Assembly (NCBI GenBank): GCA_001724265.1
Contig: MEDY01000041.1
Span: forward strand, 62,001 to 115,912
DNA length: 53,912 bases
Source of the DNA: Rhizaria sp. SCN 62-66
Taxonomy: Eukaryota
Reading direction: 5' to 3'
The position numbers were made by a program, and so were the translations under genes. The notes under the pieces are model-generated. The model was not told the origin of the DNA. It saw nothing but the letters and a program-made list of their open reading frames with translations, and searched no databases. Below are positions 24,588 through 37,826 of the stretch, one piece after another (within the stretch, counting starts at the first letter, position 1; each line of letters opens with the position of its first letter).

Positions 24588-27380
24588 TTACTTGTTCTCG
24601 TCGTCCTTCTTTGCACCGAATGAAAAGGGCTTTGTACCAATCGTGCTCGAGCCGGTGCCAAAGGCAGAGGCGGCGCCGAAGCCAGTGCTGAAAGCGGGTG
24701 CCGTACCAGAGCCAAAGGCCGCTGGTGCAGTGCTGGCATTGCCACCGAAGGAAAAGGGCTTAGGGGCACCGAAACCGAGCGAAGGAGTGGTCGCGGCACC
24801 GGCAGCAGGGGCGGCGGCGTCGGCATCAGCCGCGAGCTTCAGGGTGACACCGAAGAAGGGCTTGCCGCCCGCATCAGCAGCCGCGGCAGGCTTTGCACCG
24901 AAGCCGAACCCGGTCGAAGCAGGGACAGGGGCGGCGGCAGCATCGGCCGCAGCGAGCTTGGGGGCGGCGAAGCTGAAGGCAGGGGCAGGGGCGGACTTGT
25001 CAGTGGCGGCAGCGCCAAAGCCGGATGCGGGCTTGGGAGCGTCAGCGGCGCCGAATTTAGCCGCGCCAAACGAGAACCCACCAGCCGCAGGAGCAGTAGC
25101 AATGGCGGGCGTGGAGCCGAAGCCAAAGCCGGCGTTGGTCGAGTTCGCGGTCACGGTGACGGTATTGAAGCCAAACGAGAAGCCCGCGGGCTTGGGCACG
25201 TCAGCCGGCTTCGTCGTCGCCGCTGCGCTCGCGGTGACGGCGTCGACGGCGGCCTTGGGCGGCGACGGGGGGCTGGAGGAGATGTCGCCCTGGTCGTCAT
25301 CACCCTGCTCGTCGCCGTCGTTGCCTTCGTCCTGGTTGTCGTTGTCATCCTCAAAGTCGCCCTCGCCAGCGATCATGCTAGCGTCGCCCTCACCCTCATC
25401 CTCGCCATCGCCCTCGACGTCGTCGCCTTCAGTGGCAGCGGCAGCGTCACCCTCGACAGCGTCCTCGCCGTCGGCCTCATCCTGAGCAGCGTCAGCACCA
25501 GCCTCGGCATCGGCGTCGGCATCAACGTCGGCGTCAGCCTCAGCGTCGGAGGCTTCGATGCCAGCCTTGTCGCCGTTATTGCCGTCGTCGCTGTCGCTGT
25601 CGCCAAGAACAATCTCGGAGTCAGTGCCAGACTCGGAGCCAGAGCCGGCCTCGGAGTCAGAGGCCGCAGCGGAGGCATCCTTGGATGCGGCTTTAGAGCC
25701 AGCGCCCGAAGCCGCACTCTTCACGCTCTTGCCGTCGTCGTCATTGTCGCTCATGTCCTTGTCACGCTTCTTGTCAGCGTCGACGTCATCATCAACGTCA
25801 TCGTCATTGTTCTCGAGCTCGCCGTCACTACCGAACACATCAGCGCCCTGGTCATCGTCATCGTCGTCGTCCTCATCGGCGCCCTCGCCGAAGACGTCGC
25901 CCTCCATGTCGCCCTCCACTCCCCACATGCCACCTTCCAGAGCAGCGTCGCCTTCGTCGCCCTCGGCGGCGTCGGCGTCCTCGTCCTCGTCGGCGTCGTC
26001 CGAGCCGGCCTCGTCCTCCTCATCCGCGCCCTTGGCCACGGCCGCAGAGCGCGCGGCGGAGAAGTCGAAGCTCAGCTTGCTGCCCGTCGCGGACGTCGCC
26101 GTCGCGGCGCCGGCGCCGAACGAAAAGGCCGGCTTCGCGGCAGCCGCGCCGAATGAGAACGCCGGCTTGGAAGCAGGAGCAGCCTCAGAGGCAGCGCCGA
26201 AGGAGAGCGCGGGCTTCGCGGCGGGGGCAGTAGGAGCGGCAGCAGCAGCGCCGAATGAGAAAGCAGGCTTGGTTGCGGGGGCGGCAGTCTCAGTCGCCGA
26301 CGCCGAGGCAGGAGCCGCGGGCTTGGCACCGAAGCTAAAGGCGGGGGCAGCGGCAGCGGCGGGAGCAGCGGCCGGGGTGCCGAAGCTGAACGCGGGCTTA
26401 GCGGCGGGCTCCGCAGCCGCAGCTTCAGGGGCAGCCGCAGCAGCGGGCTTCACAGTCGCGAAGAAGCCGAAGGAAGGAGCAGCAGCCGCCGCAGCAGGGG
26501 TAGCAGCAGCTACGGTCGGCTCCGTAGGCTTAGCGGCACCGGAGCTGAAGACAGGCTTGCTCTCAGCAGCAGGAGCCGCAGCGGCGGCGGGGGCAGCGGG
26601 GGCAGCGGGGGCAGCAGCGGCGGGGGCCGCCGCCTTGAGGCCGAACGAGAAGACAGGACGTGGCTTCTCGGCGGCGGTCGAGGCCGCGGCGATGGCGGCG
26701 ACAGCGGCTTTCTCCGCCGCCAGGCGCTCCGCGACAACGCGCTCCGCCTCCGCCTGGGCATCCGCCTTGGCCTTGGCCTCAGCCTCGGCGACGTCCGCAG
26801 ACGCAGCAGCCTTGGCCGCGGCCGCGGCGCGGGCCTGGGCCTGCGCGAGTGCCGCGGCAACGGTGTCGGCCGCAGCAGCCACGAGGTCCTTGCCGGCTTT
26901 GTTGCTGGGGGCGGACACGTCCTCCTCCTCGCAGGCCTTGCCCTTAGCAGGAGCAGCGTCATTGGGAGCCGCAGCACCGCTCACATCGTCGACGTTGTCG
27001 TCGTCGCCGGCAGCGGGGAAGTTGAGCGACGCCATGATGTCACTGTCGGACATCGCGGCAAAGGAGCCGACACCGGCCGCAGCAGCAGCGGGGGCAGCAG
27101 CAGCGGGCGCCGCAGCGACAGCGGGCTTCGCGGCGCCAAAACTGAAGGCAGGCTTCGCAGCAGCAGCCTCCGGAGCAGCGGCAGCGGCAGCTGGCTTGGC
27201 GCCGAAACTGAAAGCCGGGGCGGCTGCAGCAGGCTCAGCGGCTGCAGCGGGCTTGGCACCAAAGCTGAACGCAGGAGCAGCGGCGGCAGCGGGCTTGGCG
27301 CCGAAGCTGAACGCGGGGGCAACAACCGGGGCAACGGTCTCAGCGGGCCTGGTGGCAGCAAAGCTGAACGCAGGCTTGGT
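24588..27380 (-). repeat. FG-repeat region (PAFSFG/GFGFG units) interrupted by a D/E-rich acidic block (~25300-26030)
   Basis: Roughly 25 FG/FxFG motifs with A/P/K spacers in the translation of the 24588..31694 ORF. Confidence 0.85.
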
Positions 27381-30300
27381 TTCGGCAGTGACAAGAGCAG
27401 CAGCAGCGACAGAAGCAGCTGCGGCAACCACAGGAACAACATCAGCGGCAGCGACAGAGCTCGCGACGGGCGCCGAGTCGGCCGAGATGTTGAGCGAGGC
27501 GTGCTTGACCTCGGTCTCGACCTCGGCCTCGAGCTTCTTGCCGCCCGCCGCGGCCGCCGCCGCCTCGCCCGCGCCCGCCGCGGCCGCGGCAACAAGCGCG
27601 GCGCCCTGCGGGAACATGCAGCAGTGCGCGAGGACGCCCGCGCGCAGCTCCGCGGCCCTGGCCAGGGCGGCGCGCGCGTCAGGATGCCCGTGCGCGGCGG
27701 CCGCGGTGGCGTCGGCGGCCACCGTGGCCAGCGCGGCGAGCAGGTGCTCCACCAGCGTCAGCGGCACCCACGCGCGCGCCTCGAGCTGCAGCGCCGAGAC
27801 CGCCGCGCCGTTGCCCGCACTTGTGCTGGCGCTGGCGGGGTTGGCGGGCATGAGCGCGCGCGCAAGCTCAGCCTCGGCCAGGTGCGCACGGACCGTGCGC
27901 AGCGTGCCGCAGGCTAGCGCCACGGCCTCGGGGATCATGTGGTACTTGACCAGCACGCGCACCAGCGGCTCCACGCCGAAGAAGGACCGCTCCGCGCGCC
28001 GCACCACGCTCCCCGCCGGGCCGCCCGTCGCCGCGGTTGCGGCCGCGGCCTTGAGCGCGTAGGCGGGCCCCGCGGTGGCCGAGGCCAGCACCCAGGCGGG
28101 CAGCTCGAGCGCGTCGTCGGCCGCGAGCACGGCCTCGGCCACGGTCGCGTAGTGCCGCGGGCCCCACAGCGCGCCGTCGGCCGCCACGCAGAGCTCGGTG
28201 GCGGCGCGCAGATGCGCCCACGCGGCGGCCGCGGCGCGGCGGTGCGCGGCGGCGCGGGCGAGCGCGGGCGACACGGCCGCCAGCGCGACCGGCGCCAGCG
28301 ACGGGTCGTGCTTGCTGCCCGCGAAGGCGAACGAGCCCGTCCGCGCGGCCGACACCGCGGGGCCACAGGGCGCGCCCACGCGCGGGTTGCCGCCGCCGCC
28401 GCGAGCCGTGAGCACGCCGAACGACAGCGGCGCCGGGACGCCTTGCTCCGCGGCGGCGGTGGCGGCGGGCACGGGGCCCGCGTGCGTGTGCGTGACGGCG
28501 AGCGGGGCCGCCGCGGCGGCGGCGCGCAGCGCGAGGGCCGCGGTGGCGCCGCGCGAGCTGACGGCGCGGAGCGCGGCGGGCACGGCCGTGAGCAGCGAAG
28601 ACGCGTGCAGCGCGGAGCGCGCGGCGAGGGCCGAGGGCGCAGGGGCCGCGACGCGGGCGGCGGCGGCGGGCGCGGCGGCGGCGGCCGAGGGCGCGGCGAG
28701 CTGGAGCGCCACACACGCGGTCGCAAAGGCGGCCAGCACGGCCGAGACGTCGGGTGCGGGCAGGCCCCAAGCGGCGGCGACGGGGCAGGCACTGCCAGCG
28801 AGCGCGGGCGCGGTCGCGCAGCGCGGCTGCAGCGCGGGCGCGGGGGCAAAGACGCGGAGCAGCGCCAGCGCGTCGGAAAAAAGGCCCGCGCGGACGAGGT
28901 GCGCGGCCACCGCGGCCACCGACAGCGGCACGGGCGCGGGCGAGCCGAGCGGCAGCACCGAGCCCGCTTGGGCGGTCGCGGCGCGCGCGAGCGCGGGCGC
29001 GGGGGCCGTGGGGTCGATGCCCGCGTCGAGCAGGCGCAGCTGCGCGGTGCAGAGCGCGACGCAACGCAGCAGGTGCGTGCGCGTCACGATGCGCAGCTGC
29101 GTCACCGTCCGCGTCCGCGCGCCGGCGCCGGCGCCGCTGTGCGCGCTGAGGGAGAGTCTGTGGCCGAGCTCTGCGGCGAGGTCCGCGGCGTCGGCGGCCG
29201 TGCGCGAGCGCTTGGAGGCGCCCGCGGCGACGGGACCCGCGCGCACCCACAGCTGCCGCTGCTGTGCGGCGTCGCCCGCGGCCGTGCCGGACGCGGCCTC
29301 ACCGTCCGAGTCATCGCTGTCCGAGAGCGCGAGCCCGAAGCGCGCGCGGCCCTTCTTGCCCGTCGACGGCGGCACCGCCGCGCCGCCGCGGCGCGGGGTC
29401 GCGCGGGTCGGCGTCGCGGCCGCGGCCGCCGATGCGGTGGACAGCACGAGGGCGCCGGAGCCGGCGCCAGCGCTGTGACGCAGCGCCGGCAGCGCGCCGG
29501 AAGCGTTCTTGCCATTGGTGACCTTGCTGCTGACGTCAGCGGGAGAGGGCAGCGTGCGCGTGACGGTCTGCTCGCACGACACCCAGTCGCAGGCCACGGC
29601 GTCAAGCGCGGCATCGGCGCCGGCGGCCGCGCGTGCGCGGGCGATGTCGAGCGCGCCCAGCGTGGCCGTGGCGGCGTCAGAGAGCGCCTGCACAATGGCG
29701 CGCAGCTGCCGCGCGCCGGCCGCCGCGGCGCCCGCGGGTGCGCGGGTGCGCGCGTCTGGCGCGGCGGCGGCGGCGGCGAGCGCGGCCTCGAGGCGCAGCG
29801 TCTGCTGCAGCATCGCCTTCGCGGCCATGCGCGGGTGCTCGCGCGTGAGGTACAGCGAGTACAGCACTTCCTCCGCCGTCAGCCGGCTGCCACCAGTCGC
29901 CTGCGGGGCGCGCGAGCCCGCCGCGGCGGCGGAGGCTGTGGCGGGGGCGCGGGAGTAGGCGAGCGCGACGTCGGCGGTCGCGGCGCGCGCCCAGAGCGCC
30001 TCCTCGAGCAGCGGCAGCAACGCGCGCCAGGGCTGCGCGAGCAGCGGCGCGATGGCGTTGTGGCTGTAGAGGTGGTCCGCGAAGCGCGCGACGAGCTGCC
30101 GCCGTAGGGCCGCGCTGCGCGCGCGCGCTGCGGCCGCGAAGGCCGTGTCGTACCAGGGCTCGGGGGTGAGCGCGCGCGCGTGGGCGTCATCGTCCTCGTC
30201 CTCCTCGTCAGTCTTGGCGCTGGCGTTGTTGCTGTTGCTGCTGCTGCTGCTGTCGGCGCGGAGGCGGAGGGCGAGGTTGAAGGTGTCGGCGCACAGAGCG

Positions 30301-33300
30301 TCGGCCACGGCGGCCGACACGAGCGGGAAGCGCGCTGACGCTGGGCCCGCGCTGGCGGCACCGTGCGCGTCGCCGTCGTTGCTGTCGAAGCCGGCGTCGG
30401 CGTCGGCTGCCTCGGCGGCGGCGTCGGGCCCGTCGGTGACCGCGAAGGCGAGCATGCGCACGAGCGAGAGCGCGTACCGCGTGCCGACCGCGCCGCTCGC
30501 ACCCGAGTGCGGCTGCGCGTTGGCGAGCAGCGCGGCGGCGCGGGCGAGCCTGGTGACCGCCTCGGCGGTCGCGGCGGCGGGCTGTGCGAGCAGCGCCGTC
30601 ACGGCGGCCAGGAAGCTGGCGTGCGCGGCGCGCGGCGCGCCCAGCGCGAGGTGGACGTGGCCCATGGCCTCGGCGAAGAGGGGCGCGGTGGCGAGCCCGC
30701 AGAGCGCGAGCAGCGTCGCGGCGTGTTGGTGCTGGCGCAGAAGCAGCAGCAGCAGCGCGAGCGCGCGCACGCGGGCCAAACCAACGCCCGCCGCGGCCGC
30801 CAGCGCCAGGTCCACGGGCGTGGCGCGCGCCAGCAGCAACGCCGCCGCCGCGGGGTTAGAGCCCGCGAGGGCCGCGGCGGAGATGTGCGCCGGCAGCAAC
30901 GACAGCGGGGACTCAGCGTCCGCGCTCAGGTCACTGGTGCTGACACCGCCGCTGCTGCTGTTGGCATCGTCGTTGTTGATGCCGACGTGGAGCGCGTCGG
31001 GTGCGGGCGCGGGGGACAGCGCAGCGAGCAGCGCAAACACGGCGTCCGTGACGGCGACGGCGGCGCCGCGCGAGGCGGCCGCGGACTTGGCGGCGGCCGC
31101 GGCGGCGGGGGATGCCGCGAGCAACGAGAGCAGCGAGTCATCGAGCGCGAGGGCCGCGCCCGCCTTGCTGAGGCCGAGTCCGAGGCCCGCGGCCACGGCG
31201 GGGTCCAGCGTCGGCGCCGGCAGCAGCGGGGCAGCGGTCGCAGCGCCAGAGCCCGCGCCGGCGACGGCCGGCAGCGGCAGCATCACAGCGGCCGAGGCCG
31301 AGGCAGACGCCGCGGCGGTCGCGGCGGCCGCGGCCGAGAGGGGGAAGTGCGCCGAGTACACGCCCGGGGCGACCTCGCTGGCGCGGCCGTGTGTCGCCGC
31401 GCCACTCTGAGCCGGGGCGGGAGCGGGCGCGAGCAGCGGAAGCGTAGCGAGCCAGCTGAGAACGCGGTAGGCGCGCAACAGGCGGGCCAGGCGCGGCAGC
31501 ACGGAGCGCGCGATGGCCGCCGACACCGAGGGCGCCTCGCCGGGCAGCGCCGCGGAGGCCGCGGCGGAGGCGTCAGGGTGCGCGGCCGCAGCCGTGAAGA
31601 ACAGGTACAGAGTGCGCGTCAGGCCGAGGTGCGCCGAGATGACCTGGAAATAGAACAAAGGGGAAAACATTATCAAAGGAAGCCATACATACATGAGTTA
31701 TGATTTCAAGCAAAATACAAATTCCCAATAAGCGAAATCATGACTCGTCGGCGTGCGATATATCATGAGAAGCATGGCGGCGTACCTGTCGGAAGGACTG
31801 CGCGACGAGCCTGGGCGCGAGCGCCACGGCGGCGGGGTGGCGCAGCCCGCGCTGGGAAGCGAGCGCCAGCGTCGCCGACAGCGGGGACGCCAGCGACGAC
31901 GGGTTGAGTGCCGCCAGCAGCAGGTCCGCGCCCTGGAGCGCGGCGCGCGGGGGCAGCGCGGCCAGCCACGCCTGCGCAGCCGAGGCCAGCGCGGCGCGGT
32001 GCGCGCGGTCCAGTCCGCCCGCCGCGGCCCCACTACCGGCGTGGCCAGAGGCGGCGGAGGGGGCGGCGGAGAGCGCGTGCAGCGCCCAGTCCGCGGCGGC
32101 CTCCCGAAGCGCGGCCTCGGAGAGCGGGTGCGACAGCGGCGGCAGCAGCAACCCGTCCCACGCGAACGCCGCGCCCGCGCCCGCGGCGCTAGTGCCGCGG
32201 AGGAGTTCGGCCTCGTGCGCACCAGAGCCGGCACCGGCGCCGTAGGGCACGAGCGCGTTGCTGCCGGCGCCGGCGCTGCTACTGCTGCTGTTGCTGCTGG
32301 CGTGGTGCATGTTCGCGATGAGCTCGGCGACCGCTGGCGCGATGCTGTCGGCGCCGAGGTCGCCGGACACTGCGCCCGCGAGCCCCGGCAGCGAGGTGGC
32401 GCGAGCAGTCACGGCGGCGGCGCGGACCGTGACGCACGCGGCGGCAACGAGCACCTGCATGGCGCTCTGCGCGGCGGCGGCGGCGGCGGCGGACCCGGGC
32501 CCCGCGCCTGCGAGCAGCGAAAGCGCGCGCGGCGCTGCGGCGGCGATGCCATGCGGCAGCGGTAAGCGCAGCAGTGGCGCTGCCGCGGGGACGGCGCCCG
32601 CGGCGGCGGCGACGAGCGCGGCGGGTGCGGGCAGCTGCGCGACGCCGGCGATGTACGCCGCCTCGAGTGGGGTTGCGGGCCGCAGGACCGAGATGGCGCG
32701 CGGGCGGATGAGCACAGGCGACGGCGAGGCGGACAGCGCGCCCAGCCCAAGGCAGACCGAGGCCGGGGCCGAGAAGAGCGGCTCAAGCGCCGCGCACGAG
32801 GCCAGGAAACGGAGCCACGCCCCCACGCGCGTCGCGGGCGACAGCGCGGCCCCGAGGCGCTGCCACTGCTGCTGCTGCTGCTGCTGACTGATGAGAGAGT
32901 CGTTGCCGGCGTAACCGAGGCGCGGCACGGCGTCGTTGTTGTCCGCGTCGCTCTCGCTGCCGTCCTCATCCTCATCTTCGTCCTCGTCGTCGTCGCCTTC
33001 GCCGGCAGCGGCGGCGGCGTCGGTCTCGAGGCCAAGCGCGGCGACCGCGGCGATGACAGCGAGTTTCAGCGCAGTCACCTCGGCAGCGACGAGCTCGCCC
33101 GTGCCCGCGCCCGCGCTCGCGGCGGCGGCTGCGGCGACAGCGACGGCGGAGGCCGCGGCGGCCGAGGCGGTGGCGGAGGCCGGGCACAATGTAGGCAGCA
33201 CGGTTGCGGGCGCGCCGGCCGCAGCGGCGCAGGCGTTGGCGGCCGCCAACACGGTCGCCGGCGAGAAGCGCGCGGGGAGGAAGACGCGGCTTAACATCGC

Positions 33301-35754
33301 GTCGTCGATGACGGCGGCGGCTGCGGCGGCGCTGGAGCGGTGCTGGGGGCTGCCCGCCGCAGCAGAGGCGTTGACGACGCCGTAGCTGCTGTACGCGAGC
33401 AGGCTCGCACCGCTGCTGGCGCTGCTGTCGAAGTGCACGGGGGTGGCCACAGCGGCGAGCGCGGCCGCTGCGGCCTCGGCGTCGTCGCGGCCCGTCACGA
33501 GCGCCTCAGCGTCGGCAGCGGTCAGCACCCGCTGCCACACGTTGCCGCCGCTGCCCGCAAAGCCGCCGCTGCTGTTGGCGGCGCGCGAGAAGGCGTCGTC
33601 GTGGGCCTGTGCGACCGTGAGCGCGCTCTGCGCGGCGGCCGCGGCCGAGGCGGCGGCTGCCGCGGGGGACGGATGGCGCCGGTCCTCCTCTGCATCGAGC
33701 ATGCCGCTCACAGTGCTGCTGCCGTTACTAGCGCTGTTGAAACCGAAGCCGCGAGCGCGGGCGGAGCGGCGCGCGGGCGTCGGCGGGTGCGCGGCCGCGG
33801 CTGTTGCGGCGGCGGCGGCGGCAGCGGCGGCCGAGGCCGATGCCGATGCCGAGACGGGCACGGGGTACGCCAGCGCCAGCGCAGCCGACGCGAGCCCCGC
33901 GCGCGGCAGCACGAGGCGCGGGAAGCCGCAGCCGGCGCGCGCGGCGCAGGGCGCGGGCACCAACAGCCTCAGCACCGACACACTGCTCGCGTTATGGCCA
34001 CTGCCACTTCCACTGCCACTGCCGCTATTGCTATTGGTGGCGCTAGCGTTGGTGTGCGCGAGCGACCAGCGCGCCCACACGACGCCGCCGCGCAGCGCCG
34101 TGTCGGCGAGCACGGCGGCGCCACCGCGGAGCCCCGGAGCGAAGGCAGACGCGCGCACTGCGTTGAGGTTGTCGGCCGCGGCGCAGACGGGCGCCAGCGC
34201 CACGCGCCCGCACGCCGACACCACCGTCGCGCCCGCAGAAGCAGATTGGTCGGCACTGCTGCTGCTGCTGCTGGCGGCCGTCGCAGCGACGGCGTTGGCG
34301 GCGTCCGCGCTGCTGTCAGACGCGAAGACAAAGTGCACCGCGTCGGCTGCGGCCGCCGTGGCGGCGTTGACGCCCGCGGCGGCGGCCTCGACGGCGGCTG
34401 CGGCCGCGACGGCGGCGGCGGCAGCGTTGGCGTCGGCGAGCGCGACGAAGGGCGCCTGCGCTGTGGAGAAGAGGTCGAAGTGGGGCGCCGCGTAGCCCGC
34501 GCGCGCGGTCGCGACCAGGAACGCGCCGGGCTCGTCAGACGCGGCCACGATGCGCGCCACCGCGGGCATGTCCGCGCTGGCGCAGGCGGTGGCGGCGGTG
34601 GTGTTGCTCTGCGCGAGAGAGCGGAGCGGGACGGTGATGACCACGCGCTGGGTGGCGATGCACCAGACACGGAGACGCGAGTCCGAGCAGGCGGCGAGCA
34701 AGAAGCGCGCGTCCGTAACCACGCCGTCCACAACCGCGCCGTGGGAGGGCATCGCGGCGATGGCCAGCACGCGGTACGCACCGACGGGACTCGCGGCAGA
34801 GGCGCTGACGGCGGAAACAGTGCCATTGTCGCTGTCGCCGCTACTGGCACCGCCCCAGAAGGAGGAGAGCAGCCCGCCGAGGCCCTTAATGGCGCCCGCA
34901 GCGACGGCGGCGGCCACGGAGGCCGCGGGCGCCGTCTCGACCAGCTCGATCTGCGGCAGTGGCACTGCAGCACTGGCAGTATTTGAAGCAGCAACAGCAG
35001 AGCCAGAGCGGGTGCTTCGGTGGCCGTGATGACTGTGACCGTGGGTGAGCGCGGGAGCGGGCGCGACGGGCTTGAGCGCGATGACGCCCGTGGCCGAGTC
35101 CGAGACGGCGACGGAGACGGTGCTCACGGCCGCGAGGCAGAAACGTGGGGCAGCCGAGGCCGCGGCGGCGGCGGCGGCGGCGGGCGCGAAGCCGGCCGCC
35201 GCGGCCGCAGAGCCCTGGGAGGGCGGGACGAAGGGCACGGACGTGAGCTGCGGCTCGACAATAAGCGACGACGTGCGCGCGTGCGCCTGCGTGTGCTGCG
35301 CGTACGCCGACTGCGCGGTGACGGAGAAGGCGCCGCCGCCGAGGCTGTGCTGGTGGTGGACGGCGGCGGAACGGCGGAAGTGTACGGGGTGCGCGAGCTC
35401 GATCCTGTGAAGCGTCATGTCGGCTGTGAGTGCAAAGAACACGACGCAGGGCTGCGCGGCCGAGGCCGAAGCGGCCGCGGGGTAGTGCTCGGCGACCGCG
35501 ACGGGGGCGATGAGCGCGGCGCCCAGGTCGATGGTGCGCGAGCCGTAGTTGCTCGGGTGGGAGGTTTGCACCTCGGAAAACGTGAGAGAAGAGTCCTCAA
35601 CACACCACACGAGCGAGACGGAGCTTTCGGTGCCGTCCTGGTTGTGGACGATGTGAGACGAGCCCGTGGAGGCATTGGCGGTGGCCAGGAACGGCAAGGG
35701 CAAGGCTGTGGCCTCGACCAGGCCGCACTCGCTGAGGCCTGACGCCGCGCTCAT
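24588..35754 (-). CDS. NUP160: Nucleoporin Nup160/Nup120 (Ala-expanded) with a C-terminal ~1,000-aa FxFG-repeat/acidic extension; ~3,670 aa
   Basis: Exons 35754-31786 and 31643-24588; intron GTACGC...ttccAG. Collinear Nup160-like motifs: LLAACSDSRLRVW (propeller), RVFLPARFSPATV, EVLYSLYLTREHPRMAAKAMLQQTLRL, LELPAWVL, LVRVLVKYHMIPEAVALA and AWVPLTLVEHLL. PAFSFG repeats follow, up to a TAA stop. Confidence 0.8.
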
Positions 35755-36311
35755 GATCTCGCAGCGGCAGGAACGACGGATTCAAGAGGCTGGAAAGATG
35801 GGAAGCGCCGAAAAAGTGTGTGCAGAAGCTAACAGTGTAAAGGAGGGGCGGCGCGGTGTGCGTGAGTGGAGTTGGGCGGGACGTTAGTCTGGGTGAGAAA
35901 GTGTGCGGCGCGAGGAAGTATAGAACGCTCATGAGGACATCTATAGGAAAAAAAACTATTAAATTAAACAGGCGTAGTAGCGAACTTATACAGCATATCG
36001 ATATATCTTAAACTCACAAAAAGGATCCCTCCCACTTTTGATTTTCCTATTACCCGCACCGGGGCGCTTCAGCCCACCACCCAACCGCCGTCCCAGTCCA
36101 GCTGGCAGACGGGTGGTCCAGCTGGTGACTGTGAGCGCGAAAGTTAAGCCGTACGATAGAATACGTCTCAATCCAAATAACTTGACCGACAACAGTGTAT
36201 TTCGATCGTTATATAGCATCAGTACGATATTCTCTAGATTACCCCTTAATTATATTCTCACAGATACCCGTCTTTGCCACCCTCTGACGTGATCCCTTGC
36301 CCAGTCGGACA

Positions 36312-36521
36312 ATGGCCCAGAACGCCAACCCGACCGTCTACGAGCGAGCTGGGGAGGAGCGCATGATTCTTGTTGATGACATCGACGACAATCCCGTGCC
36401 CTTCGTCCAGGTTCTCTTTGCCGAGCGCCCCGGCACCTCGTTTGCGCGCACTGTGCACCCCGCAGACCCTGCCTCTGTCACTGCTCCTGCTGCTGCCGCG
36501 AAGACGCCGCCTACTTCTGCG

Positions 36522-36558
<37 letters not shown>

Positions 36559-37826
36559 AAGAGGAGGCTGTCGCTGTCAGTTCTTGGATGCGCGACGATT
36601 CAACTCTCGGCGCTACTGCGCCCGCGCTGTCCGCCGCGGCCGCGCGCGTGCGCAAGCTCCGCCAGCTCCGCCGCGCCCTCATCGCCGACAGCAACAGCAA
36701 CAGCAACAGTGGCTGGTCGTGCCGCCCGCACTCGCGCACGCACGCCGGCGCCGCCATGAACGACAGCAACAGCACCGAGGGCGAGGATGGCGAGGATGTC
36801 CAGATCGCGAACACGCACGCTGAGTGCAGCAACTCCAACACTGCCAACGCTGCTGCTATTGGTAACGATGATGACGACGCCGGCGCAGACCCAGAGTACC
36901 CCTCCGAGGCCGCCTTCTTCGCCCCCGCCGCGGCCGCCGATCTCAGCGCCCCCCTGGTGGATTATGAGTTGCGGGATCCGCTGACTGCGGAGGAGGTGTT
37001 CGAGGTGGTGCGCCACATCCGGGACCCTGAGCACCCGCTCACGCTCGAGCAGCTGCGCGTCGTGGCCCTCCCGCTCATCACCGTCCACACACACGCGCGC
37101 TGCGTCGACGTGCGCTTTACGCCCACCATCCCGCACTGCTCCATGGCCACGCTCATCGGGCTCTGCCTGCGCGTCAAGCTGCTCCGCGCGCTGCCCGGCG
37201 ACCTCAAGGTCGACGTGACCATCACGCCTGGCACGCACGCGCAGGAGGACCAGGTCAACCGTCAGCTCAACGACAAGGAGCGCGTCGCCGCCGCGCTGGA
37301 CAACCCGTCGCTGTTCGAGAAGGTTGCACGCTGCATCGACGACACGGACCCCTTCCCCGCCGCAGTAGCCTCGCTCGCAGCTGACTCAGCGAACGCGCCC
37401 GCTGCCTCTGCCGGTGGCGAGGGCGAAGTGGGCGGCATCGACGCGTTCGCTGCGGCGTCGGTGCGGCACGACGAGGTGCTCTACGCACTCCTCAACGATA
37501 CCGCGCTCTTCTCTCGCAGTTCTCTTACCAGCAACAGCAACTACAACAGCAGCAGTGTGAGCGGTGCGGTTCCGGACGGCAATGACGCTGCTGTGAACTG
37601 CGTTGCGGTTGCGGGCGCCGCCAAGGGCCGCCTGGCTGCTGCTGCTGCGGCGCGGCGCGAGGCGCGGGCAGCCGCCGCCAGCGCCGCCGCCGCGGCCGTG
37701 CGGGCCGAGGCCGAGGCCGAGGCCGGACGCCGCCGCGCCGCCGAGGCCGCGGCCCGGGCGGGGGCCAGCGCGCTGGGCGCGCAGTCGGCCGCGCAGTGGG
37801 CTATTCTGCCCCCCGCCATGGGTTGA
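36312..37826 (+). CDS. CIAO2B: Cytosolic Fe-S assembly component CIA2/MIP18/FAM96B (AE7), with large insertions
   Basis: N-terminal NANPTVYE motif; core EEVFEVVRHIRDPEHPLTLEQLRVV, FTPTIPHCSMATLIGLCLRVKL and GTH..E..VNRQLNDKERVAAALDN. ATG 36312, TGA stop. Confidence 0.93.

Noticed and set aside
25558-28062. 834-aa plus-strand ORF and the many other long antisense or alternate-frame ORFs (e.g. 27939-30107, 33340-34986, 39307-41340, 5710-6993)
   Set aside because: They are shadows of GC-rich, codon-biased real genes. The translations are Ala/Arg/Gly low-complexity with no recognisable motifs.
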